This document shows, piece by piece, positions 29,112 to 39,456 of a DNA stretch of 64,000 nucleotides. The stretch lies in assembly GCA_029565065.1 (NCBI GenBank), contig JAKQOW010000036.1:59846-123845 (forward strand). The letters are read 5' to 3'. Every line of letters begins with the position of its first letter. Position 1 is the stretch's first letter. Source of the DNA: Acidobacteriota bacterium. Lineage in GTDB: Bacteria > Acidobacteriota > JAAYUB01. The notes beneath the pieces are model-generated. The model saw nothing but the letters and a program-made list of their open reading frames with translations. It was not told the origin of the DNA and made no database searches. Both the position numbers and the translations under genes were made by a program.

Positions 29112-31532
29112 TCAGCGTCCGGCGGCGGCGGGTTCCGCGAGGCGGGTGAGCTCGGGGTGGACCAGGCGGTAAAGCCGCATGTTGGCCATCACGTGGTTCA
29201 CATAGCCGCGGGTCTGGTGGAAGTGGATTTCCGGCGGCAGGTACAGGTCGGCCGGCTGGCCGGCCAGGCGAGTCCAGTACGCCGCCTGGCCGAGGCCGGC
29301 GTTGTACGCGGCGGCCGCGGCGGCGGGGGACTGGAGGCGGTCCAGCAGCTCGCGCAGGTAGCGGACGCCGAGCCGGATGTTCAGCCCCGGCTGGTACAGG
29401 GCGGCGCCGGCGTCGGGCAGCTCGATGCCGCTCCGGGCCGCCACCGCACGGGCCGTGTCGGGCATGAGCTGCATGAGTCCGCGGGCGGAGACCGGGGAGT
29501 GGGCGCGGGGATTGAACCGGCTTTCCTGGAGGATGATGCTGTAGATCAGGTAAGGATCGACGCCGGCCTCCCGGTTGGCGGCGCGAACGTCCTCCTGGTA
29601 GGGCGCCGGATAGCTGAGGCGGAGCAGTTCCGGGTTGATCATCGCCAGCGGCGTGCCTTCGGGGTAGCGCTCCAGGGCCAGGTAGGACCAGCGATACGCC
29701 TGGTGCGGGGCGCCGGCCCGCTCAAACAGGCGGGCCAGCGTCACGGCGCGCCGGATCCCGAGGTCGCGCTCGGAATCGCCGGTGTGCCGCGCCACGAACG
29801 CCAGCGGCGTGCGGCTGTACTCGAGGGCGGCCGGCTCCGCCAGCCCCAGCCGCTGGAAGGTCCGCGCGCGGAACAGCCGTCCCGCCGGCGTATCGACGGC
29901 GGATGCGGCGGGCGGGGTCATGGCGTCGGCCGGGAGCGACGGGATATCCGCCAGCTCGGCGATCCCCTCCCGGTACCGGGGCAGCTGCTGGATGCCCAGC
30001 CGCCAAGCGGCGGCGTCGCCGGTCAGGAAATACAGCCGGCCGTATTCCTCGTAGGCGGCCGGTTGGTCGCCCTGCGCGGCGAGGTCGGCCGCCCGGGTGC
30101 GGGCGGCGGCAGCGAGCGCCGTCCGCAGTTCCGGCCGGCCGGCCAGAACGGCTTCGGCCCGCTCCATGGACAGGAACGCGTACTGGCTGTGGCGGTGGTA
30201 CAGTTCGGCGGTCCACGTCTCCACCGCCCGCTGCGGGTCGCCCGCGCTCTCGTGGGCGAGGCCGAGGAAGAACCGGGCCTCGAGCCGGTCCGGCAGATTG
30301 CCGGAGGCGGGAGCGGCGAGCTGCGGCAGCAGCGCCTCGAGGATGGGGACGGCCTGCTTGGGCATTCCCAGTCGCAGGTGGAACAGGGCTTCCTGATATT
30401 CGAAGCGCCGGCGCTCCCGCCCGCTGAATTCGGCGGTGGCACGCTGCAGCCAGCCGAGCGGCGCCGCGCTCGGACCCGTGAGGCGGGTGACGTTGTAGAG
30501 GGTGGCATAGATGTCCGACCGCGTGGCCTCATCGTCCGCCAGCTCCAGCGCGGCGGCGTACACCGGTAGGGCCTCGGCTTCCCGGCCGGCCAGCAGGAGC
30601 GTCCGGCCCAGGGCGAGCCGGCTCTGGACCCGGAGGTCCTCGTCGTCGGCGCGTCCCGCCTCTTCGTAGAACTGGGCGGCGGCGGCGTAATCCCCCTGGA
30701 GGAAGCGGCAACGGCCCACCCAGAAGGTGTAGAGCGGCCGCTTGGCCGACTGGGGGAAGCGCTGGCGGAGTTCCTCGGCCAGCGGGAGCGCCCGGCGGGC
30801 TTCGCGGTTCTGCACCAGCACCGCCGTCAGACGGGCCAGGCGGTCCTCCGACTGGCGGACCCGGTTCATGAGCGGTTCGCTGTCGAGCAGGCCCAGCGCC
30901 GCGGCCGCCTCGGTGCGCGCCCGGCCGGAGGCCAGCGCCGGCCAGAGCAGCCCCCAGGCGGCGTCCCACTGCTTGAGCCGGGCGTGGATGCCGGCCGCCG
31001 CCAGCCGGGCCTCGTCGCGGCGCGACTTGTACTTGTGGGCGCAGTTCTGGAAGGTCTGCAGGGCCAGTTTGAGCTTGCCGCTGTCGCGGTAGCTGGCCGC
31101 CAGCAGGAAGTGGGCGTCCGGGGTGTAGGGGCTTTTCGGGTGGCTTTTGACCAGCGCGTACCAGTTCTTGCGGGCTGCGACGGGCGTCCCCGCCGCGTCG
31201 TGCAGGCGGGCCTGCTCCATGAGCATGTAGTCGGTGAAAAGGGGATCACGGGGGATCCAGGCGGCGTGGAGGGCGATCGCCTCCGCGCGCTGGTCGGACG
31301 ATTCGTGCAGCCAGGCCTGCAGCAGGTACAGCCGGTCGCGCCGGTAGGCCGCCGGATCCGATTGCCGCAGGGCCTCCACCTCGGCCAGCGCCTCCGGCCA
31401 GCGGCCGGCCTGCACGTGCGTTTCCACTTCGGGGATTCCGATGGACGCCCGAAGCGGAAGCAACCCCGCGCCCAGCAGGAGAGCGAGCGGGATCAGGCGA
31501 TATATCCAGGTGCGGGCCTTCGGTGTCTTCAT
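29112..31532 (-). CDS. Soluble lytic murein transglycosylase (Slt family; N-terminal superhelical TPR-like domain plus C-terminal SLT domain)
   Basis: C-terminal SLT catalytic region YSIILQESRFNPRAHSPVSARGLMQLMPDTA and AYNAGLGQ; signal peptide. Confidence 0.8.
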   Translation of the reverse strand: MKTPKARTWIYRLIPLALLLGAGLLPLRASIGIPEVETHVQAGRWPEALAEVEALRQSDPAAYRRDRLYLLQAWLHESSDQRAEAIALHAAWIPRDPLFTDYMLMEQARLHDAAGTPVAARKNWYALVKSHPKSPYTPDAHFLLAASYRDSGKLKLALQTFQNCAHKYKSRRDEARLAAAGIHARLKQWDAAWGLLWPALASGRARTEAAAALGLLDSEPLMNRVRQSEDRLARLTAVLVQNREARRALPLAEELRQRFPQSAKRPLYTFWVGRCRFLQGDYAAAAQFYEEAGRADDEDLRVQSRLALGRTLLLAGREAEALPVYAAALELADDEATRSDIYATLYNVTRLTGPSAAPLGWLQRATAEFSGRERRRFEYQEALFHLRLGMPKQAVPILEALLPQLAAPASGNLPDRLEARFFLGLAHESAGDPQRAVETWTAELYHRHSQYAFLSMERAEAVLAGRPELRTALAAAARTRAADLAAQGDQPAAYEEYGRLYFLTGDAAAWRLGIQQLPRYREGIAELADIPSLPADAMTPPAASAVDTPAGRLFRARTFQRLGLAEPAALEYSRTPLAFVARHTGDSERDLGIRRAVTLARLFERAGAPHQAYRWSYLALERYPEGTPLAMINPELLRLSYPAPYQEDVRAANREAGVDPYLIYSIILQESRFNPRAHSPVSARGLMQLMPDTARAVAARSGIELPDAGAALYQPGLNIRLGVRYLRELLDRLQSPAAAAAAYNAGLGQAAYWTRLAGQPADLYLPPEIHFHQTRGYVNHVMANMRLYRLVHPELTRLAEPAAAGR

Positions 31533-31719
31533 CGGTGCTTCGGCGGACCCGGGGCGCGGGGCCGGCCGCCCGGGGTCAACCGGCTATTGTACCGGAACCG
31601 GCCGTTTCGCCAAGCGGTTTTTGCAGATGGGGGCTGTGTTACAATAACAGGCAAGGCCGATTTGACAACGGTCATCAGGCCCGGGGCGGGGCGGGGAGGA
31701 GCGGGAGGCATGCCCAACG

Positions 31720-34700
31720 ATGAGCCAGACGACCGCCCAGCCATCGCGGCGTTCGAACGGTAGCCGGCCGGAACACGGCCCGAGCGCCCGTCTGCGGCTC
31801 GCGGGCGGCCGCCTCGGCGGGGCCGTGCTGCTCGCCCTGGTCCTCGCCGCCGCACCGGCGGCCCTCGATCCGGACAAGCTGATCACCCAGTACTCCCGCC
31901 GCGTGTGGAACATCGAGAGCGGGCTGCCGCAGAACTCGGTGAACGTCATCGTCCAGGACCGCCAGGGCTACCTGTGGCTGGCCACCCAGGAGGGGATGGC
32001 GCGGTTCGACGGCGCCGGCTTCAGCGTCTACGACAAGCTCACCACCCGGGCTCTGACCACCAACAACATCCGGACGCTCCTGGTGGACCGGGCCGGCACG
32101 CTGTGGGCGGGCACCAACAGCGGCGGGCTGCTCCGCTTCAAGGACGGCCGCTTCCGCGTGTTCACCACCCGCGACGGGCTGGCGTTCGACATCGTCACCG
32201 CCCTGGCGGAGGGGCCGGACGGCTCCATCTGGATCGGCACCTACGGCGGCGGCCTGAGCTGCCTGCGCGGGGATCGGTTCCGCACCTACACCACCCGCGA
32301 CGGCCTGGCTCACAACAGCATCCTGAGCCTGCTCGCCGACGCCGACGGCACACTCTGGATCGGCACCAATGGCGCCGGGATCGGCCGCCTGCGCGACGGC
32401 GTGTTTGATCGGCTGGACGAGCGGCACGGCCTGCCCAACCCCGTCGTGTACTGCCTGACGCGCGGCCGCGACGGCACGCTCTGGGCGGGCACCTACGGCG
32501 GCGGGCTGGCCCGCCTGGACGGCGACCGCTTCGCCGTGATCACCACCCGCGACGGCCTGTCCAGCAACCGGATCCTGGGGGTGTTCGAGGACCGGGCCGG
32601 CAACCTGTGGGTGGGCACGTTCGGCGGCGGTGTGTGCCGGCGGGCCCGCGGGCGCTGGTCCGTCTTTTCCCGGGCGGAGGGGCTGCCGTACGAGGTGGCG
32701 CGGGCGTTCTGCGAGGACCGCGAAGGGAACCTCTGGATCGGCACCGACGGCGGCGGGCTCGTCCGGCTGGCCGACGGCAGCTTCACCACCTCCAGCGTCG
32801 CCGAGGGACTCTCCAGCGCGTACATCATCGGGGTGCTAGAGGCACGCGGCGGCGACATCTGGATCGGCACCAACGGCGGGGGGCTGAATCGCCTTCGCGG
32901 CGAGCGGATCGAGCACCTGGACGTGCGCCACGGCTTTCCCCACGACCTGATCCGCTCCATGTGGGAGGCGCCCGACGGCGATCTCTGGGTGGGCACCGAC
33001 GGCGGCGGCCTGGTCCGCCTGCGCGACGGCCGGGTGGCGGCGCACGTCACGCGGCGCGAGGGGCTGTCCGGTGACCGGGTCATCAGCGTGTTGGGTGACC
33101 GCCGCGGCGTCATCTGGGCCGGCACCAACGGCGCCGGGCTCAACCGCCTGGAGGGCGGGCGCATCACCACGTTCTCGCGCCGCGCCGGCCGGCTGGCCGA
33201 CATGGTCAACCTGCTGTACGAGGACCGGTCGGGCCGGCTCTGGGTGGGCACCTACGGCGGGTTGTGGCAGTTTCGCGACGGCGAGTTCGTCGGCTTTCCC
33301 GGCCAGGAGGAGGTGGGCAACGCCATCGTCACCGACATTCATGAGGACGAGCGGGGCGTGCTCTGGCTCGGCACCATCGGCGCGGGCCTCCTGCGGCTGG
33401 AGGCGGGGCGGGTGGTGCGGATCGCCCGCGAGCACGGACTCTATGACGACATCGCCTATGAGGTGGCCGACGACGGCCGGGGCAGCCTGTGGATGAGCTG
33501 CAACCGCGGCGTCTACCGGGCGGCCATCGCCGACCTGGAAGCCTTCGCCGCCGGACGGAGCCCCCGGGTGACCTGCGTGGCCTACGGCAGCGCCGACGGC
33601 ATGAAGACCGCCGAGTGCAACGGCGGCTTTCAACCGTCGGGGGCGCGCACCCGCGACGGCCGCATCTGGTTCCCCACGTCCGACGGCGTGGCGGTGGTGG
33701 ACCCGGGCAAGATCCAGGTCAACCGGACGCCGCCGCCGGTGTTCGTGGAGCGGGTGATGGTCAACGGCCGGCTCGCGCCGGCCGGCGAGCGGCTGGTGCT
33801 CCCGCCGGGCCGGCACGACCTCGAGTTCCACTACACCGGACTGTCGCTGGTGGCGCCGGAGAAAGTCCTGTTCCGGTACCGGCTGGATGGGTACGACATC
33901 GCCTGGCGTGATGCCGGCAACCGGCGGATCGCCTACTACACCAACCTCCCGCCCGGTGAATTCAATTTTCACGTCATCGCCTGCAACAACGACGGTGTCT
34001 GGAACGAGCGCGGGGATCGCGTGGCGATGATCCAGCATCCGCGGCTCTGGCAGACCCCCTGGTTCCCGTTCCTCGTCGGCGGACTGGTGGTCCTGGCGGG
34101 CGCCGGCGCGGCGTGGGGACGGGAGCGGCGGCTCAAGACCCGGCAGCGGGAACTGGAACTGCTCGTGGACGAGCGGACGGCCCAGTTGCGATCGGCCAAC
34201 GAGCGGCTGGCGCGGCTATCCACCGAGGACCCGCTCACCGGCCTGGCCAACCGGCGCCGGTTCGACGACCACCTTGGCGCCCTGTGGCGGCAATACGCCC
34301 GGGTGCAGTCGCCCCTGGCACTGGTGATGGTGGACTTGGACGGCTTCAAGGATTTCAACGACCACTACGGCCACCCCGCCGGCGACGCCTGCCTGGTGCA
34401 GGTGGCCGGGGTGCTGGCCGCCGGCGCCAAGCGGGCCGGCGACCTGGTGGCGCGCTACGGCGGCGAGGAGTTCGTCCTGGTGCTGGCCGGGTCGGACGCC
34501 GCCGGCGCGGCCGGACTGGCCGAGGGGCTCAGGGCCGAGGTGGAGCGGCTGGCGATTCCCCACGAGCACGCCCCGCACGGCCGGATCCACGTGAGCATCA
34601 GCCTCGGCGTAGCCGCCGCGCGACCTGAGATCGGCGCGCCCTGGCGCGGGCTGGTGGCCCGCGCCGACGCCGCTCTGTACCGGGCCAAGGCGCGCGGCCG

Positions 34701-34755
34701 CAACCGGGTGGAGGTGGAAGGGGAGACCCAGGACGGTGCCGGACCCGCAGTTTGA
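31720..34755 (+). CDS. Diguanylate cyclase with periplasmic two-component-regulator beta-propeller repeats and Y_Y_Y domain, TM, GGDEF
   Basis: Repeated GT/LW(I)GT..GGL propeller motifs; Y_Y_Y-like region; TM (WFPFLVGGLVVLAGAGAAW); GGDEF core RYGGEEFVLVL. Confidence 0.85.
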   Translation: MSQTTAQPSRRSNGSRPEHGPSARLRLAGGRLGGAVLLALVLAAAPAALDPDKLITQYSRRVWNIESGLPQNSVNVIVQDRQGYLWLATQEGMARFDGAGFSVYDKLTTRALTTNNIRTLLVDRAGTLWAGTNSGGLLRFKDGRFRVFTTRDGLAFDIVTALAEGPDGSIWIGTYGGGLSCLRGDRFRTYTTRDGLAHNSILSLLADADGTLWIGTNGAGIGRLRDGVFDRLDERHGLPNPVVYCLTRGRDGTLWAGTYGGGLARLDGDRFAVITTRDGLSSNRILGVFEDRAGNLWVGTFGGGVCRRARGRWSVFSRAEGLPYEVARAFCEDREGNLWIGTDGGGLVRLADGSFTTSSVAEGLSSAYIIGVLEARGGDIWIGTNGGGLNRLRGERIEHLDVRHGFPHDLIRSMWEAPDGDLWVGTDGGGLVRLRDGRVAAHVTRREGLSGDRVISVLGDRRGVIWAGTNGAGLNRLEGGRITTFSRRAGRLADMVNLLYEDRSGRLWVGTYGGLWQFRDGEFVGFPGQEEVGNAIVTDIHEDERGVLWLGTIGAGLLRLEAGRVVRIAREHGLYDDIAYEVADDGRGSLWMSCNRGVYRAAIADLEAFAAGRSPRVTCVAYGSADGMKTAECNGGFQPSGARTRDGRIWFPTSDGVAVVDPGKIQVNRTPPPVFVERVMVNGRLAPAGERLVLPPGRHDLEFHYTGLSLVAPEKVLFRYRLDGYDIAWRDAGNRRIAYYTNLPPGEFNFHVIACNNDGVWNERGDRVAMIQHPRLWQTPWFPFLVGGLVVLAGAGAAWGRERRLKTRQRELELLVDERTAQLRSANERLARLSTEDPLTGLANRRRFDDHLGALWRQYARVQSPLALVMVDLDGFKDFNDHYGHPAGDACLVQVAGVLAAGAKRAGDLVARYGGEEFVLVLAGSDAAGAAGLAEGLRAEVERLAIPHEHAPHGRIHVSISLGVAAARPEIGAPWRGLVARADAALYRAKARGRNRVEVEGETQDGAGPAV

Positions 34756-34835
34756 TTTCCAAATCCCCGAATCACCGCAGTGGACACGGAGTCCACACGG
34801 GGAACCATTTGTCATTGGTCATCTGACATTTTTCA

Positions 34836-34892
34836 TTGGGCATTTCGGATTATTGGTTATTGGTGATTGCTAATATTTTATTGGCTATTTGG
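34836..34892. repeat. AT-rich degenerate heptamer block (TNATTGG)n
   Basis: gtcattgg...ttcattgg...attattgg ttattgg tgattgc...ttattgg c tatttgg seen directly. Confidence 0.5.
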
Positions 34893-34911
34893 AGACGAGT
34901 CCGTTCTTGCG

Positions 34912-35072
34912 GTTGATGGTTGATAGTTGATCGTTGATCGTGGGGAGCAGCTCCAAGATCCGAACCGCGAACCCCGAACCGCGAGACCCGATCTCCGAAG
35001 TCCGATTTCCGTGTCCGATTTCCGATGTCCGATGTCCGCACGGTGCGAGCGAGCCCTCAGCCTTTGCCTCGA
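34912..35072 (+). repeat. Composite ~160-bp repeat, copy A: (GTTGATN)4 - (CCGAAC-like)n - (GTCCGAT)n - GAGCC..CTCAGCC tail
   Basis: Same module order and orientation as copy B at 36410-36575. Confidence 0.7.
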
Positions 35073-35073
35073 T

Positions 35074-36207
35074 CTAAGGCGCGTTCCCCAGCGTCGAGCC
35101 TTCCCGTCGGTGATAACGCGAGAAGGCGATCCACGCTTTTTTCCCATCAAGCAGATAATGCACTTTCAACGTTTCCTGGCCTCTCTCGGGCTTGAAGGTG
35201 TGCTCGATGACGGCATCGACCCATATGCCCGGTTCCCGGTACCGGAAAGTGAAGAACTGGCCGTAATAATTGCCCGAAGCATCGCGCTGGTCGGCGAATT
35301 TCAGGAAGACGATCCCCTTGTGGTAACCCACGTAATAATCCGGAACGTGATCGTCATATTTTCGGGCGACGTAATATCCCCCTTCCCTGGAGATGACGGT
35401 CAAACCCTCCCGCCAGCTGCCGGTCAGGTCATTTGGAATGGTTGGCGGACTCGATGGCGGCGGATCGACGCGCTGGGTTGCGGCCAAGGTTCCCTTCGTC
35501 GCGGGCGAATCGAAGCCCGGTTCCAGGTTTAGACTGGCCAGCCGGACATCGTTTTCCAGGGTCCGGATCATTGCGTTGAATTCCCCAGTGGTTTTCAGGT
35601 TCGGAACATTCAGATTGTTCGCCTGAGCCTCGGTGAGAAAGGAACAGCCGAGCGAACCGCGCACCATTGTTCCCATGCTGAGGGCCTGATTGATTCCGCT
35701 TCTGGCCATCTCCAGGCGAATACTTTCCCCCACCTGGGTGGCGGCGACGGCCTGGCCGCTGTGGAATCCGAGATCGGCGACATATGTGTCGCAGGTGGAA
35801 AAGTTTTGGATGCCCTGATCGGACCTGAAGACCGTCGACATCGCCGTTTTCAAATTGGAGTGGCATCCCTCCAGATAAGCCATCTTCTGCCGGTTGTTCA
35901 TGCTGTCCGTCGCCTGGGGGAAGCGCCGCAGCAAGTCAACGATCCGGCGGATCTGGCCGGAATCGAAAGGGGGATCGAAGTACTGGTCGGCGAGCTGGTT
36001 CAGCATGGTGATGGCCGTGTTGATGTAGAGGTTGATGGAATTGGAATTTTCGGGAGTGATTCCCTGGTATTCGATGATCAGTGCGGTCATGCCGATGTTG
36101 CCCGCCGCGTTGAACACCAGGCGCTGGCGCTCGTTGGCTTTCAGTTGCTGGCCGCCCAGCCAAAGCAACAGGCAGGACACGATGAACAGGGCGGACCTGT
36201 TTCTCAT
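35074..36207 (-). CDS. Hypothetical secreted protein (377 aa), lower GC than surroundings
   Basis: Signal peptide MRNRSALFIVSCLLLWLGGQQLKA from ATG complement 36205-36207; visibly AT-richer codon usage; flanked by the two composite direct repeats. Confidence 0.6.
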   Translation of the reverse strand: MRNRSALFIVSCLLLWLGGQQLKANERQRLVFNAAGNIGMTALIIEYQGITPENSNSINLYINTAITMLNQLADQYFDPPFDSGQIRRIVDLLRRFPQATDSMNNRQKMAYLEGCHSNLKTAMSTVFRSDQGIQNFSTCDTYVADLGFHSGQAVAATQVGESIRLEMARSGINQALSMGTMVRGSLGCSFLTEAQANNLNVPNLKTTGEFNAMIRTLENDVRLASLNLEPGFDSPATKGTLAATQRVDPPPSSPPTIPNDLTGSWREGLTVISREGGYYVARKYDDHVPDYYVGYHKGIVFLKFADQRDASGNYYGQFFTFRYREPGIWVDAVIEHTFKPERGQETLKVHYLLDGKKAWIAFSRYHRREGSTLGNAP

Positions 36208-36304
36208 CCCGGCACCTCCGCTGGTCGGCGATCCTGGTGTTTCTAAATCGAAATGTAGGTTAATCACCGGTCGATGTCAATCGACAGTTGAATGGCAGGA
36301 TGGA

Positions 36305-36346
36305 GCCTGGGGTCTGGGACCTGGGACCTGGGTTTTTAGACCTGGG
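36305..36346. repeat. Tandem heptamer block (GACCTGG)n
   Basis: cctggg gtctgg gacctgg gacctgg ...gacctgg. Confidence 0.5.
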
Positions 36347-36409
36347 ATCTAGAGCGGGTTTTGGGAGCCGGGAACAAGGACCCAGCACCGAGGATCCAGG
36401 TCCGAGATA

Positions 36410-36575
36410 GTTGATGGTTGATCGTTGATGGTTGATCGTTGGGAGCGAGCCCCGAATCCCGAACCCCGAGCCCCGAACTCCGAGCCCCGAACCCCGAAGT
36501 CCGATGTCCGATGTCCGAACTCCGCAAGACGTGAACGAGCCTCCAGCCTCGAGCCTCGAGCCTCGATTCGGATGC
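36410..36575 (+). repeat. Composite ~160-bp repeat, copy B (direct repeat of 34912-35072)
   Basis: gttgatggttgatcgttgatggttgatcgtt - cccgaatcccgaaccccgagccccgaac... - gtccgatgtccgatgtccg - cgagcctccagcctcgagcctcgagcctcga. Confidence 0.7.
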
Positions 36576-36652
36576 GCCTTGACATTGTGCCGGTCGGCCG
36601 GTATCTTCGCGAGGATGACCATGCAATCCGGGTTGCGGAGTGCCCGCCCCGC

Positions 36653-37897
36653 ATGAACAAGCCCACGCCCCACTCCATGCGGCTGCCGGCGGCGGTGGTG
36701 GCGCTCGGGCTGGTGAGCTTCTTCACCGACCTGTCCAGCGAGATGATCTACCCGCTGCTGCCGCTGTTCCTGGCCACCACCATGGGCGCGGGCGCGTGGG
36801 TGATCGGGCTCATCGAAGGGGTGGCCGAGTCCACCGCCGCGGTCCTCAAACTGGTGTCAGGCATCTTCGCCGACCGGGTGCGGCGGCGCAAGCCCATGCT
36901 CCTCGCCGGCTACGGACTCTCCTCGGTGGCCCGGCCGCTCATCGGCCTGGCCCGCGCCTGGCCGGCGGTGCTGGCGCTGCGCTTCGTCGACCGGGTGGGG
37001 AAGGGCGTCCGCACTTCGCCCCGCGACGCGCTCATTGCCGATGTGACCGCGCCGGAGATCCGCGGCGCCGCCTTCGGCTTCCACCGTGCCATGGACCACG
37101 CCGGCGCGGTGGTGGGGCCGCTCGCGGCCGCGGCGCTGCTGGTGGGTGCGGGGCTGAAACTCGGACAGGTGTTCCTCCTGGCGGCGATCCCCGGTGTGGC
37201 GGTGCTCGTGACCCTTATCGTGGGGGTCCGGGAGCCGGCGCGGGGCACGCCGCCGGCGCCGCCGCGCTTGGACGTGCGTCGCGACTGGCAAGGCCTTGGT
37301 CGCCCCTTCCATCGGTACCTGCTGGCCATGCTGGTGTTCACGCTGGGCAACTCGACCGACGCCTTCCTCCTGCTCCGCTTGGCGCAGTCGGGTGTGCCCG
37401 AGGCGTGGGTGGCGGTGCTCTGGTCGCTCCACCACGTGGTCAAGATGGCCGCCACCTACATCGGCGGGCGCCTCTCCGACCGGCTGGGGCGGCGGCCCAT
37501 GGTGCTGGCCGGCTGGGCCGTCTACGCGGCCGTCTACCTGGTCTTCGCCGCCGGGCCGACGATGCCCGGGCTCATCGCCGCATTTATGATCTACGGCGTC
37601 TATTTCGGCCTGACGGAGCCGGTGGAGAAGGCCTGGGTGGCCGACCTGGCCCCGGCGGCGCTTCGCGGCTCGGCTTTCGGCTGCTACCATGCCGTAGTCG
37701 GACTGGGCGCGCTGCCGGCCAGCCTCATCTTCGGTCTGGTCTGGCAGGCGTGGGGCGCTCCGGCCGCGTTCGCACTCGGCGCGGCGCTGGCCGCCGCGGC
37801 GGCCGCTCTGCTCCTGCGCGTGCGCGACGATCGAATAATCGCGGCCGGTGGACAGAACCAAACGGCCGGAACCACGTACAACCCACCCAAGGAGTAG
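36653..37897 (+). CDS. MFS transporter
   Basis: 12-TM profile; MFS motif A-like GRLSDRLGRRPMVL. Confidence 0.75.
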   Translation: MNKPTPHSMRLPAAVVALGLVSFFTDLSSEMIYPLLPLFLATTMGAGAWVIGLIEGVAESTAAVLKLVSGIFADRVRRRKPMLLAGYGLSSVARPLIGLARAWPAVLALRFVDRVGKGVRTSPRDALIADVTAPEIRGAAFGFHRAMDHAGAVVGPLAAAALLVGAGLKLGQVFLLAAIPGVAVLVTLIVGVREPARGTPPAPPRLDVRRDWQGLGRPFHRYLLAMLVFTLGNSTDAFLLLRLAQSGVPEAWVAVLWSLHHVVKMAATYIGGRLSDRLGRRPMVLAGWAVYAAVYLVFAAGPTMPGLIAAFMIYGVYFGLTEPVEKAWVADLAPAALRGSAFGCYHAVVGLGALPASLIFGLVWQAWGAPAAFALGAALAAAAAALLLRVRDDRIIAAGGQNQTAGTTYNPPKE

Positions 37898-37901
37898 CGG
37901 T

Positions 37902-39341
37902 ATGGCGGAATCCCCCGAAATCCCCGAGAAGAAGAGCCCCTGGCGCGAGATCGTGGAGCCGTTCGTGAACCTGGCGCGGGCGCCCCAGGCGCTCTGGGCG
38001 GCCAACCTGAGCTACTGCCTCGAGGGGCTGGCCTACTTCGGGACGCTGGCCCTGCTCGCAATCTACTACAACGACTTCCTCGGCTTCGACGACCACGCCG
38101 CCGACTGGATGGTGGGCGTGCTCACGGGCGGCATCACCCTGGGCATGCTGTTCCTCGGCAGCATCCCCGACCGCTGGGGCGTGCGCCGGGCGCTGGTGGC
38201 GGCGATGGCGTTCGTCCTGGCCGGCCGGGCGCTGCTCGCGGCCGGGCCCACGTTCCTGCCGTGGTTCGGCGGCGCGGCGTCGCCGCTGTTCCTGGTGTCG
38301 CTGGCGGGGATCCTGTGCGTGGTGGTGGGCTGGGGGATGTACCAGCCGGCGATCTTCTCCGCCGTCAAGCACTTCACGAACGAGAAGACCGCGGCCATGG
38401 GCTTCGCCATGCTGTACGCGGTGAACAACCTGGGCGGATTCCTCCCCGGGCTCATTTCGCCCCGGGTGCGCGCCGCCACCAACGCCTTCTTCGAGGCCCA
38501 CGCGCCCACCGCCGGCCCCGGGCCTCGCGGCGAGATCCACTACGGCATCCTCGGGGTGTACTGGGTGTACGTGGCCCTGACCGTGGTGGGGCTGTTGGTG
38601 GTGGCGTTCCTGCTGAACCGGCGCGCGGTGGAGCGGGCCCGCCGGATCCTAGCCGGCGACTCGGCCGCCGGCGCGCCCCCCGCGGCGGAGGGGACCGGCC
38701 GGCCGCGGCGCACCCTGGGCGAGTACCTGCGCCAGCATCCGCTGCGCGACGGCAAGTTCACCTTCTTCGTCTTCGTCCTGATCCCGGTGCAGACGCTGTT
38801 CGCCCACAACTGGCTGACCCTGCCCCAGTACGTGGACCGCTGCTTCGGCCAGGGTGTTCGGGATAACATGGAGTTCTTCGTCAACTTCAGCCCGCTGCTC
38901 ATCTTCGTGCTCACGCCGCTGGTGGCCGCGCTCACCACAAAGGTGCCCGTCTACCGCATGATGATGCTGGGCACGCTGGTGATGGCCGCCCCCACGTTCC
39001 TGCTGTCGCTCGGCACCAACGTCTACCTCCTGGTCGCCTACATCGTGATCATGTCGGTGGGCGAAGCGATGTGGTCGCCCCGCTTCCTGCAGTTCATCAC
39101 CCAGATCGCGCCCGCCGGGCGCACCGGCGAGTACGTGGGCGTGGGGCAGTTCCCCTGGTTCCTGACCAAGATCCTCACCAGCCTGTACGCCGGCTTCTTT
39201 CTGGCCCGCTTCGTGCCCATCGACGGGCTGCGCCATCCCCAGACCATGTGGCTGGTGTACGGCGGCGTCGCCATGATCACGCCGGTGGCGCTGTTCCTGG
39301 CCCGCCGGCGGGTCAGCGGCAAGCTGGAGGAGAAAGGCTGA
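37902..39341 (+). CDS. MFS-type transporter (second, adjacent)
   Basis: AAGGAG RBS 8 nt upstream of ATG 37902; polytopic membrane protein of 479 aa. Confidence 0.65.
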   Translation: MAESPEIPEKKSPWREIVEPFVNLARAPQALWAANLSYCLEGLAYFGTLALLAIYYNDFLGFDDHAADWMVGVLTGGITLGMLFLGSIPDRWGVRRALVAAMAFVLAGRALLAAGPTFLPWFGGAASPLFLVSLAGILCVVVGWGMYQPAIFSAVKHFTNEKTAAMGFAMLYAVNNLGGFLPGLISPRVRAATNAFFEAHAPTAGPGPRGEIHYGILGVYWVYVALTVVGLLVVAFLLNRRAVERARRILAGDSAAGAPPAAEGTGRPRRTLGEYLRQHPLRDGKFTFFVFVLIPVQTLFAHNWLTLPQYVDRCFGQGVRDNMEFFVNFSPLLIFVLTPLVAALTTKVPVYRMMMLGTLVMAAPTFLLSLGTNVYLLVAYIVIMSVGEAMWSPRFLQFITQIAPAGRTGEYVGVGQFPWFLTKILTSLYAGFFLARFVPIDGLRHPQTMWLVYGGVAMITPVALFLARRRVSGKLEEKG

Positions 39342-39456
39342 CGTGACGGGCGCGCGGCGGCGCGGGCACCGGCCGCCGGCGCGCGTATAGATACGTGGAA
39401 CGGTTTCCGCGGCGCCGGTCCTGGCCCGCGAACCTTATTTCGACTGAGGAGGCGAC

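Noticed and set aside
25728-30569. 1613-aa plus-strand ORF
   Set aside because: Runs antisense across three well-supported minus-strand genes (beta-propeller protein, asnS, slt). Low-complexity Gly/Ala/Arg/Val-rich translation typical of GC-rich antisense frames.
34850-36726. Short ORFs inside the heptamer/composite repeats (e.g. 34878..35150 -, 36349..36726 -, 36425..36652 +)
   Set aside because: Translations are repetitive artefacts of tandem DNA repeats (e.g. FGVRGSEFGARGSGFGAR). The true MFS gene starts at 36653.
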